The translations under genes and the position numbers were made by a program. From assembly GCA_951406725.2 (NCBI GenBank), contig OX597817.1, positions 134,664,001 through 134,728,000 on the forward strand: a stretch of DNA of 64,000 nucleotides. Direction: 5' to 3'. The DNA comes from Octopus vulgaris. Lineage: Eukaryota. Below, piece after piece: positions 1 to 14,884 of this stretch. Each line of letters starts with the position of its first letter. The first letter of the stretch is position 1. The notes below the pieces were generated by a model. That model ran no database searches. It had not been told where the DNA came from and was given only the letters and a program-made list of their open reading frames with translations.

Positions 1-444
1 TTAGATAAAATAAATACTGAACAAGTAATGAAGTTGAGGATAAACGACTTTATTTAAGCCTTGAAATTCTATCTCCATGTCTGTAAAAATAAAACACATT
101 GCAACAACAGTTAAGCGTAATTATTTGTATTTACATATTTTCTGGGATGGATTTTCATCCTTTCGAAATCTATACCAGTTATACATAAGGGGTAGCTATA
201 ATACACTTTTCCTGTTCAAAACTTCTGTCGTTTACACCTATATTAGAAGTCATTAAACGGGATGTTTTCGTTCAGAAATGGTTGCAGTCTGATTTATGCA
301 GTTTTCCGTAATATGTCCTTACAATAATCTAGATTCTTAATTGCAAATCATCTGAGTGGTTCTAATCTCACTTTCATTGTTTCAAAATAAATAAAGTAAG
401 GGTGATGTGGAGTTCTCCATTGAATGTCTTATATTATGTAATTC

Positions 445-720
445 AGTACTTGACTTAGACTTGGGTGCTCTCTCATCCGACGGCGGATGAGGCAGTCAAA
501 GTATTCCTACTGAGTCGGTAAGCCGCCACCGACAGTGCTTGGTTCTATCCTAGGTTTACCATCTTAAGATCCCTATAGATTATCTGTTGCCAGTTCAAAT
601 TGGGACCTCCAAGCACCGTTGCTCCTGGGGTTCTACGGAAAGACTAGGTTGGTGAATGTCTTTCTCGCGAGTCATATGACAACTCATTCGGTGCTTCCTA
701 ATGGTTTTGTTCGGTGCCTA
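445..720 (-). mobile_element. Degenerate RTE-clade LINE 3' end
   Basis: Manual minus-strand translation ...RTPGATVLGGPNLNWQQIIYRDLKMVNLG*NQALSVAAYR... matches the RTE C-terminal pattern (GRP..W...i..Dl...gl.W..a...A.DR). It ends in a CTAAGT/CAAGT-like tail. Confidence 0.5.
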
Positions 721-1502
721 ACTATTCGAAATTAAAACCCAGGGGATAATTGTCAATTAATCAATGCATGCATTTCTCCGTTACGTGTGCTGTAAAGAAT
801 TAATTCTAACACATTCGGGCGAGATTTATAGATTAGAATTCTAAAATAAAACGAAAACTTGTGTGAGATATCGTGACATGCCGTGAATACAACAGCTAAG
901 GCTTTGTCAGATCATAACCTAGCATCTAAAACAAAGCGGGGTCACACACACACACACACACATACACAGTAACGAGGTCTGAGTTGATACAGAGAAATAT
1001 ATCTTCCATTTAAGTGTGTGAGTGATTTACAACTTTAGATTGCAGTGGAAGTTCGAAAATAACATGTACTTGATTTTATTCTTGCTGCGTAAAATATAGG
1101 AATGTTGGTTAGACACTAATTTAAAGGTAATAATTGTAAGACTGTTTGTTTACACAGAAGCGCTACGCTGTATATCTTTTCTTTACGCTTGCTCGCTTAT
1201 GAGTTACTTTCGAGTGATGAAGTTGCAGTGTATTGATGGTTGGTGCAACTGAGTTTAGTTTAGATTGTATGGAGTTGGTTACAGTGGTTAGAATAGACTA
1301 GGTTTTGTGAGAATCTAGGTTTTGTAATAGTTTATGATTTTTAGTAGAACTTTTATTGTAAAGTTTTACTTCATGCTCTGGGGGCTGGGGTGTTCAGTAA
1401 ACAATTTCAAGAATGTTTTCACTGCACGTATGCTTTAAGATTGCACGGTGGGTTATACCATATTGTTTCATATTGTACAGAGTTGTGTGATTATCTTTTT
1501 TT

Positions 1503-1595
1503 TTCTTCTTCTTCTTCTTCTTCTTCTTCTTCTTCTTCTTCTTCTTCTTCTTCTTCTTCTTCTTCTTCTTCTTCTTCTTCTTCTTCTTCTTCTTC
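1503..1595. repeat. (TCT)n microsatellite
   Basis: Directly visible; explains the poly-S ORF 1390-1683. Confidence 0.97.
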
Positions 1596-1596
1596 C

Positions 1597-2197
1597 GAGA
1601 AGCCGCTGCAGATAAGAGAATCTCTAATAATTATCAAAATCATTAAAAATGTCTTCTATTACATTCTAATATACATGTATTAGAATTTTCTCTGATTTTT
1701 CAGATTTTTTGTATGCTAGACTACTGGTTTTAAATTGATATTAAAATTAATATTAATTTATCATTATTTAAATATTGAAATAAATACGTTCTCTAGTAGC
1801 AAGCACTAACCGCAGTGAATTATTTAATGCAGTTCTTCGCTTCAGGAATTTTTTAGCGTGCCGGAACTAAGACATCTCTAATGTAATCGCTAAAACTAAA
1901 CACATGTCTCTTTTTGGCACAGAAAGCTGGGGTTAGTTTTTTCAAATTGCATTTACACTGAACGATTGTACTGATGAAGACGCGGACATTTGAATTATGT
2001 AAGTAATTCTTTTGTTAAAGGCCGAAACCGTGGTATGCAATTAATTCTGTTTTTTATATAAATTTTCATCTGTCCTGCCCGCCAAATTTGGTTCTGGTGT
2101 TCGCTGAATTTTTCCTCTAGAGAACTTACTTTGTAGTTTGATCGTTGATGATCTATTTCTAGCATACGGCAGACTACCTAGCAGTCTTGCCCTGTCA
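1597..2197 (+). mobile_element. Penelope-like element 3' remnant (GIY-YIG tail plus pLTR with hammerhead)
   Basis: EKPLQIRESLII resembles the GIY-YIG C-terminal L.IrEsl.I motif. It is followed by the TGCTAG.C.ACTGGT motif shared with 16496 and 24310, a hammerhead at 1965-2041, then (TA)n. Confidence 0.55.
1965..2041 (+). ncRNA. Type I hammerhead ribozyme
   Basis: ATTGTA-CTGATGA-[stem II with GAATTA/TAATTC hairpin]-GAAA-CCGTGG-TA-TGCAAT. Stem I is ATTGTA/TGCAAT, stem III is minimal and near-palindromic, cleavage triplet GUA. The base of stem II has a mismatch. Confidence 0.75.
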
Positions 2198-2284
<87 letters not shown>

Positions 2285-2339
2285 TGTATTTATATGTATA
2301 TAAGTCTATGTATCTCGATATAGATATACATACTCATGC

Positions 2340-2677
2340 CGGTACGTACGCAGTGAACATTTCAATCGTATTCATAAGCTACTTACAAAGTTATGCTGAG
2401 TTATGTAGTTTGAGGGGCTTTCAACTGTGTGACGCTTTATTGCAGGTATACAAAAGTGTCTATGTAATGTAATGAAACAAATTATTGTCGTGATATTACT
2501 ATCTTTATAGTAATAACGAAACACTCTATCGAAGAACAGAAGCAAAAGATATGAAACGAACACAAATTGTTCGTGCTGCACTTTATTTGTCTACGTAATT
2601 CCTTGTTTAGAAATAACAACAGTCTTTTATCCACAGACGCTGTTAGCTGACCAATTTGAGAAGATGTTGTGGTACCA

Positions 2678-2680
<3 letters not shown>
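2340..2680 (-). mobile_element. Partial copy of the neighbouring Tc1-like element (inner TIR plus transposase 3' end)
   Basis: Colinear with 4963-5307, with a few substitutions and small indels. Confidence 0.9.
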
Positions 2681-2713
<33 letters not shown>

Positions 2714-2721
2714 TAATATAT

Positions 2722-2812
<91 letters not shown>

Positions 2813-3661
2813 TGTATGTATATGTATATAAGTCTATGTATCTCGATATTGATATACATACTCATATGTGTGTGAATGTGTGTGTGTATGTGTATGTGTG
2901 TGGTCCAAACACTTATTCATGTGTATTATATAAAAACTTTAAACCTGTTTGGCGTTCGTGTATGCATGTGACTGTCTGTTTTTGTGTAAGTTAAAGTGTG
3001 TGAGTATGCCTCTGTGTGTCTATACGTACGTGTATACGTCCGTATGTGTGTGTATGTGCGAGTGTGTGTGTGTGCGTAAGAGAGAGAGAGAGAGAGAGAG
3101 AGAGTATTCACGAATATATTTTTTCCCAAGTACTTAACACCAACCAATTAAATATATTTAAGCATCACAAAATTCAACACATGTATGTTGGAAATAACAC
3201 TTGCTTAGTGCTCTCCTTCACTGACACATTTTAAATATCGGCCATTAACTCACTTTCAGCTAAATTATATAGAAATCTCAGTCAAGTCTACTTCAGTGTC
3301 ATCGTCGATAATTTCTATGTTAATGCGAATGTAGTTTGGATGTGATTCAATTTCAACACACCACACTTTTTACCTTTTGTTATAATTTTCTTCGCTGCTA
3401 TAGTACAGAGCTGTCTCAACATTCCAACAAATGAAACTTGCGTGATGGAAAATGTTTTCAATTAAATCGTTTGGGAGAGTTTCAAGCGTACCAAAAAGAT
3501 TCTCATAGAATTTTTATCGAATAAATGCTGTAAAGTACATGCTCCCTTATAATGCGACCAGCCCCAATTTTGATTTCTGCAGTAACTTTTCCATTAACGT
3601 TGTCAACACTCTTAAGAAAATGAATAAATTTCACAACACCTCAATCACATCGTTTAAAAAC

Positions 3662-3669
3662 CATTATTA

Positions 3670-3725
<56 letters not shown>

Positions 3726-3731
3726 GTTATG

Positions 3732-3797
<66 letters not shown>

Positions 3798-3798
3798 G
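3662..3798. repeat. (TAT)n microsatellite
   Basis: Directly visible. Confidence 0.97.
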
Positions 3799-3889
3799 AA
3801 TTAATGGTATTTTTTTACTTTCCTACAATCAGTGTAATTTTAATTCGTAATATTTATTTATTTATTTTCGGCCTTATATGCGTTTCACG

Positions 3890-4094
3890 TTTTGGCAAAA
3901 GGCTAGCAGTTGTGGGAGAGGGGTAAAGTCGATTATATCGACCCCAGTGTTTGACTGGTACTTATTTTACCGACCGCGAAAGGATGAAAGGCAAAGTCGA
4001 CTTCGGCTGAATTTGAATTCAGGACATTAAAGACGGACAAAATGCCGCTAAGCATTTGCTCCGCCGCTAACGATTCTGCCATCTTACCGCCTTA
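3890..4094 (-). mobile_element. tRNA-derived SINE, family B
   Basis: Reverse complement gives GGCGGTAAGATGGCAGAATCGTTAGC...GAATTCAAATTC (A/B boxes) and core GACTTTGCCTTTCATCCTTTCGCGGTCG. Homologous to 9770, 12636, 33993 and 48995. Confidence 0.8.
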
Positions 4095-4612
4095 GTTCTA
4101 TTTATTTAGTTTTTTTAAATGTACTAATACTTTAACATCAGATTAGAATCTACTCGTACTAATGATGAGATGTTTATTCAGAAGCTGAATAAGAGCGAAA
4201 TATTTCTCAAATCACACAAACGTAAATCAAGTTAGACACAGTGACCAACACGGCCGCTGAGGTAAGAAAGAGATAGGAGGGGCATGATTATAGTTCTGCA
4301 AAATCCGTCATAACCTGGCGTTAAACAACAACGGCATTAGAATTCACAATCCAGTGTATGACTCTCCCCGTGCTCACTCATCTTGCTAAAAATAACAGCT
4401 AAATAGCCTTCAACTCCCACACGACACAATATAAGTCGATGGAGTGGGCAAGGTTTGAATGTCTGTTTCATGGTTCTACTTGTTCAATGTTGACCTAGTG
4501 AAAAGAACAACAACAATAATAACGTTGATGGCATTTCATCAGGATCATTTGACTTGCTAAACTTAGCAGCCATCCCTCCCTCAAAACACACACTGAAGAA
4601 ATGTATCATTTT

Positions 4613-4820
4613 TTATCTTTATCTTTTACACGTTTCACTCATTAGACTACGGCCATGCTGGGGCACCACCTTCAAAAACTTTTAGTTGAATGAATTGACC
4701 CAAGTACTTACTTTATTAAAAGCCTTGTACTAATTCCATCGGTTTCTTTTGCCGGACGGCTAAGTTACGTGTACATTAACACACCAACACCGGTTATCAA
4801 GTGGCAGTCAAGGACAAAAT
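4613..4820 (-). mobile_element. SINE family A, 3' half
   Basis: Reverse complement carries GGTGGTGCCCCAGCATGGCCGTAG and GTAACTTAGCCGTCCGGCAAAAG, as in the full copy at 46469-46918. Confidence 0.75.
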
Positions 4821-4871
4821 ACACAAAGATATACGCACCCACACATACATATACATACATACATACACATA

Positions 4872-6563
<1,692 letters not shown>

Positions 6564-6850
6564 TCTGTAGAATCTTAGTTTTCGAGCATCCAAAATGGCG
6601 AGACCCCTTTGTCACAAGAATTGATTACTTTACAATAATCCTTGAAAAGCTAATTTAAATGGCAAAAACCGGTTGGATATCACGACATCCATAAAATATG
6701 TATATATTAAAACAAGATTTCTTTATAAAAAGATATTAAACTATGTGAAATGAAAGCATTTCTCTTCCAATTTTTATATATGTTTTCCACATATTTTTCA
6801 ACTCATAATTTTGTCACATGGTGTATACGGAATCTCCAGTATTTTTGCTC

Positions 6851-7030
<180 letters not shown>

Positions 7031-7060
7031 CAGATTAATATATATACATACAAACGTATA

Positions 7061-7113
<53 letters not shown>

Positions 7114-7119
7114 AAGTGA

Positions 7120-7345
7120 AGAGGCGTGGCCTATCTGCTATACTGTTGCACTCAGGATCGCCATATTGTAGGTTCGTTTCCTTGACCGGGCGGCATGTTG
7201 TGTTCTTGAGCAAAAACCCTTCACTTTACGTTGCTCCGGTCCTTCTTTCGATCAGGGAGAAATGGCGTCCTGCTCGCCTAGCCTGCGGTGTGGCGTCGTT
7301 TGAAGGCTAAAAGAATGCAACAGCGCACTGTGACTAATGAGGGCT
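7120..7345 (+). mobile_element. tRNA-SINE family D, degenerate
   Basis: GGCGTGGCC...GGTTCGTTTCC...GTGTTCTTGAGCAAAAACCCTTCACTTTACGTTGCTCC, homologous to 8338-8610. Confidence 0.65.
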
Positions 7346-7414
7346 AACATCAACCAATATGTACACACACGCGCGCACACACGCACACACGCACTCACAC
7401 ACACATATATATAT

Positions 7415-7570
7415 GGCGGGCTTGTTTGAGTTTCTCTCTACCATGCCCCCTCACAAGGTTCGGGTCGGCTTGAGGCTGTAGTAGAAGATATTTGCCCAAG
7501 GTGTCATGCAGTTGGGACTGAACTCGGAACCATGAGATTGGGAATCAAAATTCTTACCACACAGCCACAT
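7415..7570 (-). mobile_element. SINE family A, 5' half
   Basis: Reverse complement GTGGCTGTGTGGTAAGA...GTTCCGAGTTCAGTCCC...CACCTTGGGCAAA. Confidence 0.75.
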
Positions 7571-8337
7571 GATCTGCTTGATTACGTTTGACATAAGACA
7601 AATAAAAGACGACCAAGAATTTTGTATGCCTTCCACCCCACTCTACACCATTCCAGACCTTTCACTGCTTCCTCAATCCCAATCCTTCCTCTCGAAAACA
7701 TTGGTTCCTAGGAAACTCGCCCTTGTTTATATATGTCCCACAAATGGAACATTATAGGCATCAAAGACTTTGAAGCCCCGCAAAGGTCATGAACACTTGC
7801 CCTTCCCCCAGACACCAACCAAAAGTAGCTGCAAAGATTCAGGTGAGTTTTGGAAATTTTCCATAATTAACTTCCTCTCTTTAATTTCTATCGGAAGCGA
7901 TGTGTAAGTTCCAGTGCCATGTCTGTAAACTCCAATTAACTGGAATAAAGTCCTGTACTTAAGCCAGATTAATGGTTGATTCGTTAAGATTGACTTCGAC
8001 TTCTGGTTTTTGTTTATTTGTTTGTCAATTTCTGTTTTTTGTCTGCTAAATTGCTTGAGGACGGGTTTTGCCTATGATGTTTCTCAGTGTTTTGTTGAAT
8101 GACAGAAGGGAAGAAGTTATTCATAGAGATCTGACATGAAATTTTGCAACAGTGAGGATTCTACTTAAGCCAACCAAAGGCCAGGTGGCGCTGTGAAACT
8201 AGATGAGCGTATTAAGATTACCATCCTAAAACTGAAAAATCCCATCCTCTGAACGGGATCGCACACAATTTCGTTTTATCCCTTATAACTGACAAGGCTG
8301 TGGTCGACTTTCTGCTATCATTATTGAGAATAGGCAA

Positions 8338-8610
8338 GAGGCGTGGCTTCGTGGTTAGGGCATTCGGTCCACGATTGTAAGTTCGTTTCCTGGCCGCGTG
8401 TGTGTCCTTGAGCAAAACACTTTATTTCACATTGCTCCAGTCCACTCAGCCAGCAAAAATGAGTGGTATCTCTATTTCAAAGGGTCAGCCTTGTCACATT
8501 CTGTGTCACACCTAATCTCCCTGTGAACTACATTAAGGGTACGCATGTCTGTAGTGTACTCAGCCAATTGAACATTAATTTTACTAACAGGCAGTTCTGT
8601 TGTAACCGAC
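8338..8610 (+). mobile_element. tRNA-SINE family D
   Basis: A-box-like TGGCTTCGTGGT, GTTCGTTTCC, core GTGTCCTTGAGCAAAACACTTTATTTCAC...CCACTCAGC. Same family as 7120, 34240 and 25655. Confidence 0.75.
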
Positions 8611-9769
8611 AGGTTTCAGTTTATAGTCGATAATTGTATGAGATTTCGCGCATTTAAATCGATTCTCAGATTACGAAATTCCGAAGCGAACCTAAACACG
8701 CAACTATATTTGCTTCTGTGTTACGCCGACCCATCTTTTACGAATTCTTTTTTCATTTATTTCAAGAAAAAATTAGAAACTTCTTTTCTGAACTTTCCAC
8801 CTTAGAAAGTCGTAAAGTCGAACGATATTGACAAGTAAATTACTTTGGTGTAATAAGATTTTTAAATACACCATTTAGCTTGAGTTTTGAGAAAATAGCG
8901 TGCAATGTGTTATTTATGAAATAAATAATGTCACTTTGAAAAGATATATTTGAATGATAATTTAATATAAAGAAAAAATATCATCTGTTTAGTTTTCAAT
9001 TTATATACAATGAAAGCACTAGAAACAGTTTAGAACAAATAAATAAATAAAAGACTGTTTCTCAAATTTCATTACATATTCTAAGAATTTTTTTGTCATT
9101 TGAACGGGAAAATTGTGGGTGTCGCGACCACGTGAGCAATTTAATAATTACCTGTTGTTTTATCTTTACGAAAAAACTCTCTTTTTGGTTTGTGTAAGAA
9201 GGGACGTCTGGCCATTGATTTACTGTTCGAATTGAACTCTGTTGTGATGATTTCGAGATTTCTCGTGAAGAATATACCAGCTAGTTCATAGGTGCCTTGC
9301 CTGGGCACAATAAAATCAAGTTTACAAGTACATTCTAAAGGGGCCTATATCTATTAATTAAGCATCTCATACAGGGCTGTTGTACTTATTTATCTGTTGT
9401 GCCTATTTACAATTGAGTATCAGATTTAAGAATCGTATCATTAAACACTGTGCATTCAGCTGCCCGTGGTGACCCATTAACCTAAGGTTGACACAGCTAA
9501 ATATGTTGCTTGTGACTAAATGATTATAACAGGACCTGGTTCAGAAAACCTTTAGCTGGAAGTCTGTCGGCTCAGTTTTCTGAATGGGTCGCTGTATTGC
9601 AATTATGTTTAGTTCGATGTTTCAGGCAGAAGCTCTTTATCAAGGAAAAGAAGAACGATTTGCGTGTACTGAATTTTGAAGTTTTCGGTGTGCAGAATCC
9701 TGCATTCTGATGACGGGGGTGACCATACGTGTCAGACAATGGATCAAGATAACAAATTGGTTTCAAATA

Positions 9770-9957
9770 TTGCCACACAACCAGCGAATTCAGGGGTGGG
9801 GACTCCAGTACTCAACGAATACTTATCTTATCGACCTAGAAAGGACGAAAGGAAAACTCGATCTCAGCGTCATTTGAACTCAAAAACGTAAAGTCGGGAA
9901 AATGCCACTAAGCACCTTGTCCGACACTCTAATGATTTTGCCAGCTCCCCGCCTTAA
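9770..9957 (-). mobile_element. SINE family B, degenerate
   Basis: Reverse complement GGCGGGGAGCTGGCAAAATCATTAG...GAGTTCAAAT...TTTCCTTTCGTCCTTTC. Confidence 0.7.
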
Positions 9958-10725
9958 TCAGGGCAAAAACATAAAAATAAACTTTTCTCAAACTAACGTT
10001 AAACCATCTCCGCTTCTTTAATCATCAACCTATTGCCATTATACACACGCACGCGCGCACACACACACCTCAGCATCGCAACCATCATATCCATTAACAT
10101 CACCATCACTAGCACTACTACTACTACTACCGCTACCACCACTGTCAATGCTAAGGGAAGCATGTTCTGGGAATAGCAACAACTTGCAGATACGTTCCAC
10201 TTTGCGACAGCATGAACTCTCCGTTGGAAACCAAGATAGCAGGCGAATGTTTGTAGCAGATAATGCATTTTAGTTGAGAAAGTCATCACTGTCAGAACAT
10301 TCTCTAAAACCTTCTCTAAAAACTAACTTGAAGAAGGATTTCGCTAAACAAAAGCCGCCAATATAATTATCCGTTGAGACGAATGATTTGCGATTGTAAT
10401 AAGGTGCTAAATAGCTAACATCAATTTAGGGAAAAAATATCAGTTTAATGGCTGTGTGTTTTATTATTTATTTAGATAGTGGTGCTCATAACTATTGTCA
10501 TTACTATTAACGCTTTTAGTTTAATATCATTGCTATTATTGCTATTAAATTATTGCTTTATTTTCCATGGTTATATAATTATTATTATCTATTTCACATT
10601 TACAATTCAAAATGGAAGCATGACAGAAAGTGAGTTAATAGAGTTTTACATGCAAAATAGAGCGCTTTGACTTTCAGCCTTATTTTCTTTATTTGTAAAT
10701 TAATTTTTCTTGTAGTATGTTATTG

Positions 10726-10756
<31 letters not shown>

Positions 10757-11779
10757 GGCGGCGGTGGCGGTGGCGGCGGCGGTGGTGGTAGTGGTAGTGG
10801 TGGTGGTTGTGGTTGTGGTTGTGGTGGTGGTGGTGGTGTCGCTGGTGATAGTGTTCGTGATGTTGTTAGCGTATTATGGTGGTTTACTTGTTTTTCTGTT
10901 CCTCGCCGAATAAAGATGAGAACATTTCATTATTGTTGCTGATGTTGTAGCTGTTTCGCGCCGATTCAGTTGTGTCTCTGAGCAGAAGAAATTATCTAAA
11001 GGCCTCAACGAGTGTGCCCCCTTCCTATTGCAAGACAGTTGGGCGCAATTTCGATTTCCCAGCTAATTGATTCAGTACAAGGAGACTCTTTCACCAACTG
11101 GGTGGGGATCTGCTAAAAGAATTGCTGCTGTAGGGAAGGGCGATGCTCCGGATGGTAGGAACAGTGATGATTATAATGGTAATGATGATGACATGCATGT
11201 GCATGCATGTGTGTAGTGGTAGGGTGTGGTTGTCATGGAGGCGACGATATTTTCAGGGGTGGGGGTAAGTTATTTGGTGGGGACGGTATAATTGTTACTC
11301 AGATCCATCCTTTAGAATCTGGTATTATCTTTCATATTATCATAATTACAACTATTGCTGTTGATGTTGTTGCTGTCGTTACAGTTTTCGTTCTTCCGAG
11401 GGATTCTGGTTGTCCATTAAACCATTCCATGAAGAATTCTCTACACCAAAAAATATTATCCATTCCAATATTGAACCCACCTTCCAACGCCACCCCGCAA
11501 CAAAACGCCAATCTATGGATTGTGTTTTTACTGAGATGTTAAAATATGCGGCAAAAATTCGCTTCAAGCTGAACAAGTCGACACCTCCATTCCACCACCA
11601 CTATCATCATACTACACCTCCCCACTTCCACACTACACCAAGACAATCACCAACTAGCACCGCACAACGCTACACCACCGTCGCTACCACCACCACTATA
11701 CCAGGCCACTCTACCAACACCCCACAATCGCTACAAATCACCATCTCAACAACACCACCATCACCAACACCACCAACAG

Positions 11780-12135
11780 TGGAGGCGCAATGGCCCAATG
11801 GTTAGGGCAGCGGACTTGCGGTCGGAGGATCGCGGTTTCGATTCCCAGACCGGGCGTTGTGTGTGTTTATTGAGCGAAAACACCTAAAGCTCCATGAGGC
11901 TCCGGCAAGGGGTGGTGGCGACCCCTGTTGTACTCTTTCGCTCCAACTTTCTCTCACTCTTTCTTCCTGTTTCTTGTCCCCGACTTCCTACGCAACCGCT
12001 GAGTCTGGATGCGCATTCATCCATCCGTTGATGCTCTCGGTGTCGGGGGTTGACCTGCTTTCTCTTCTGCGGGGCTTACGAATAGCTAAGGACCATGTTT
12101 CGGACTTCTCTCACTACAGAAGACCGCTTCGCTCA
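11780..12135 (+). mobile_element. tRNA-SINE family C
   Basis: GGAGGCGCAATGGCCCAATGGTTAGGGCAGCGG...GGTTTCGATTCCC, a clear tRNA-like head with A and B boxes. It continues into a unique body and lies within a CAC/CAA-rich tract. Confidence 0.75.
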
Positions 12136-12635
12136 AAATCAACATCATCAACATCAACACCACCAACAAATCCAACAGCGGCATGACAGCATCTACAGAG
12201 GTCACTCAAACAGCTAGAAATAGTAATGGAATATTCCTCAAATAACACCCTGCCAAGATGTGAAAATAAAGGACACGTTGGATACAGAACTCATTGAGTG
12301 TTATACGTGGTTACTGTCGTTTCGGATGTTTGTATATGTGCAATGAAGAGACCGGCCTGGGTCTATGGAACAAGACTGTCTTGTACTATGGACCCAGGTT
12401 GACCAATGCATCGCAGGGGATTAGAAGCCGAAACGATTTAATGCCGTGCTTTGGAGTTGAACTCGAAACCATACAGCTCTGCCTGATATAATACAATATT
12501 ATGTAATATGATACAATATAACTACCAAACGATAAAATACAATATATTATATAATCTTTCAGCCCGAAATTAGGGTCTTCCGTAATTGTCGGATAACGGA
12601 GGTTATTGTGCATCAGTCCCGAGTTTTCATTCTTT

Positions 12636-12846
12636 TCTACTCTAGGCACAAGACCCGAAATTTTGGGGGAGGGGACCAGTCGATTAGATCGACTCCATTA
12701 CGCAACTGGTACTTAATTTATCGATCCCGAAAGGATGAAAGGCAATGCCAACCTCGGCGGAATTTGAACTCAGAACACAAAGACAGGCGAAATAACGCTA
12801 AGCACTTCGCCCGGCGTGCTAAGGATTCTGTCAGCTTGCCGCCTTC
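12636..12846 (-). mobile_element. SINE family B, near complete
   Basis: Colinear reverse complement of 48995-49208, including the CCCCTCCCCCAAAATTTCGG...TTGTGCCTAGAGTAGAAA tail. Confidence 0.85.
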
Positions 12847-13059
12847 TCCGAGTCCTCATTCGAATGCCTCCAATAGATCCAGATGGTAATTCTAATTGTA
12901 TATAATGATTGAAGGCAACGAACCTTTGACCCAGCACACTACAGCCACGAGCATCAAATATTTTTTATTTAACAAACGTATCACTGGCTGATTTATCCAA
13001 CATGTTATTGCTGTAGATCGCTTTTTGCCTCTCTATGGCGCAGACAACTTGAAACTGAA

Positions 13060-13108
13060 AATTACTGATGAATGTAAACCCTCGAGCAGAACACATAATG
13101 TGTTAACA
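13060..13108 (+). ncRNA. Degenerate hammerhead remnant
   Basis: TTA-CTGATGA-ATGT...GCA-GAA-CACATAATGTG-T-TAA. One core A appears lost; stem III is near-palindromic. Confidence 0.35.
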
Positions 13109-14087
13109 CATTTAATTTACCTACTTGCATTCCCACCTGTCTGTCTAACTATTTATCTACCTATCTGCTTTTATATATGCCGCTATATCTATAAACCTTA
13201 TATGTTTATAAGTTTTTACATCCATAAAACTATTATAGAAAATGAAACCGCCTCATTACCCCCTTGTACTCTATCATTTTTTATTGTATTTCATTTCATC
13301 CATCTCCCTTCCTAGCTCCTCTCTCCAACTAACGGTGTTACCCTGTTATCTTACTATGAAATAAAAACAGTTTCGAATTGATCTTGTAAATGCTTCTCTT
13401 TGTATCACTATGTAGTCTAAAATAAACCTGTCTTTGTACACCAATTTCTTAAAATTTGCAACCATTTTAGCGCCTTGTATTCGATCAAATCACAAGAAAC
13501 ACACAATTATTTAAATTGCGAGTCTAACATGCTGTAGAGCCAAACGTCTGTTTGATCTGCACATGACGGATGACGTCACACTTGTCATTCTTCTATTTTT
13601 AGCTAGTATCGTTCTCTTTAACTGAATCAATAGCTAATGGCAATGCAGTCTCAATGCTGACTTCAAAGAACAGATGTTGATTTGAAAGAGAAAGTACTTT
13701 GAATTCAAATTTGATTGCATGATGGTAAATAATAGCTGTGTACGTCATACATTTTAAAGGACTTTGAGACACCAAACTATTTACTTCAATCTCTAAATGG
13801 CTGTCTTTAGGCAGTTTCTAATATAGACACCTGGAATTCCAGCTTTACTAAATTTTATTCTGTTTGTAATAATGAAGTCAACAATTTCGTAACATGCATC
13901 TCTTGATGCTGTTCAAAGAATAGGCTTGCTGCCATAATGGAGATGTAAGAATCACTAAAGGGTGACTTAGAGACAATTTCGAGTTTCGAACTGAGAATAT
14001 TTTATTTCATTTCTTATATTCCGATGTTCTAAGTAAAATAATTAATGTAACGCGGTTATATTACTATTTACTTAATAAATCTCAACT

Positions 14088-14712
14088 TGTGGTGAGGAAG
14101 AAGAAACAATATATCCTGACTAAGAAGGAATATATTCACAGACAAGGCAGAGTTGGGACCTATATACACTGAGAAGCTATACCAACACTATGGAATAACA
14201 ACAGAAAATGGACGGTGTAGGCACACGCCAGAAAAGGTCACAGAAAATGAGAAAGCAACAATTCTGTCGGGTATGACAATACACACAGATAGAGAAATTA
14301 AGGTCAATAGACTGGATATCGTTGTCAGAGATCACCAAGAAAAAAATTGCTTTCTAATTGATGTATCAATACCAACAGATGACAATGTTTCTCTGAAAGA
14401 AATGGAGAAACTTTCGAAATACAAAGTTCTAGAAATAGAGGTAACTCGAATGTGGAGTCTAGAAACAGAAACAATTCCTATCATCGTAGGCGCACTAGGT
14501 ATGATAAAAAATTTACAGACAAATGCATAACAAAAACACCAGGACTGACAAGTATATATAACATACAGAAAATTGAACTACTGGGCACTGCACATATCCT
14601 ACGCAAAACACTCTCAATACAGTAACCATAAGAGCACCACAAGCAAACCACAGCACATACCCAAGGTACACAGAGCTGCGTTCGGTAGTGAAGTGAAAGC
14701 CCGTCAAAAAAT
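14088..14712 (+). mobile_element. R4/Dong-type LINE, 3' fragment (REL endonuclease region)
   Basis: ORF 14153-14530 is a diverged copy of ORF 54309-54995. It has the same 3' UTR as the copy at 52831-55092 and is followed by (TAA)n. Confidence 0.9.
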
Positions 14713-14731
14713 ATTAGTAATAACAATAATG

Positions 14732-14829
<98 letters not shown>

Positions 14830-14884
14830 AAGAAGAAGAAGAAGAAGAAGAGGAAGTGCACAAACCTCGCCAAGGCAACACCAA

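Noticed and set aside
60-400. Possible RT fragment (YPLCITGIDFER) on the minus strand
   Set aside because: Only one weak motif amid several stops; not enough to call.
11780-11855. Functional tRNA gene
   Set aside because: It continues into a SINE body with no clean acceptor stem or terminator; the same applies to the other tRNA-like heads.
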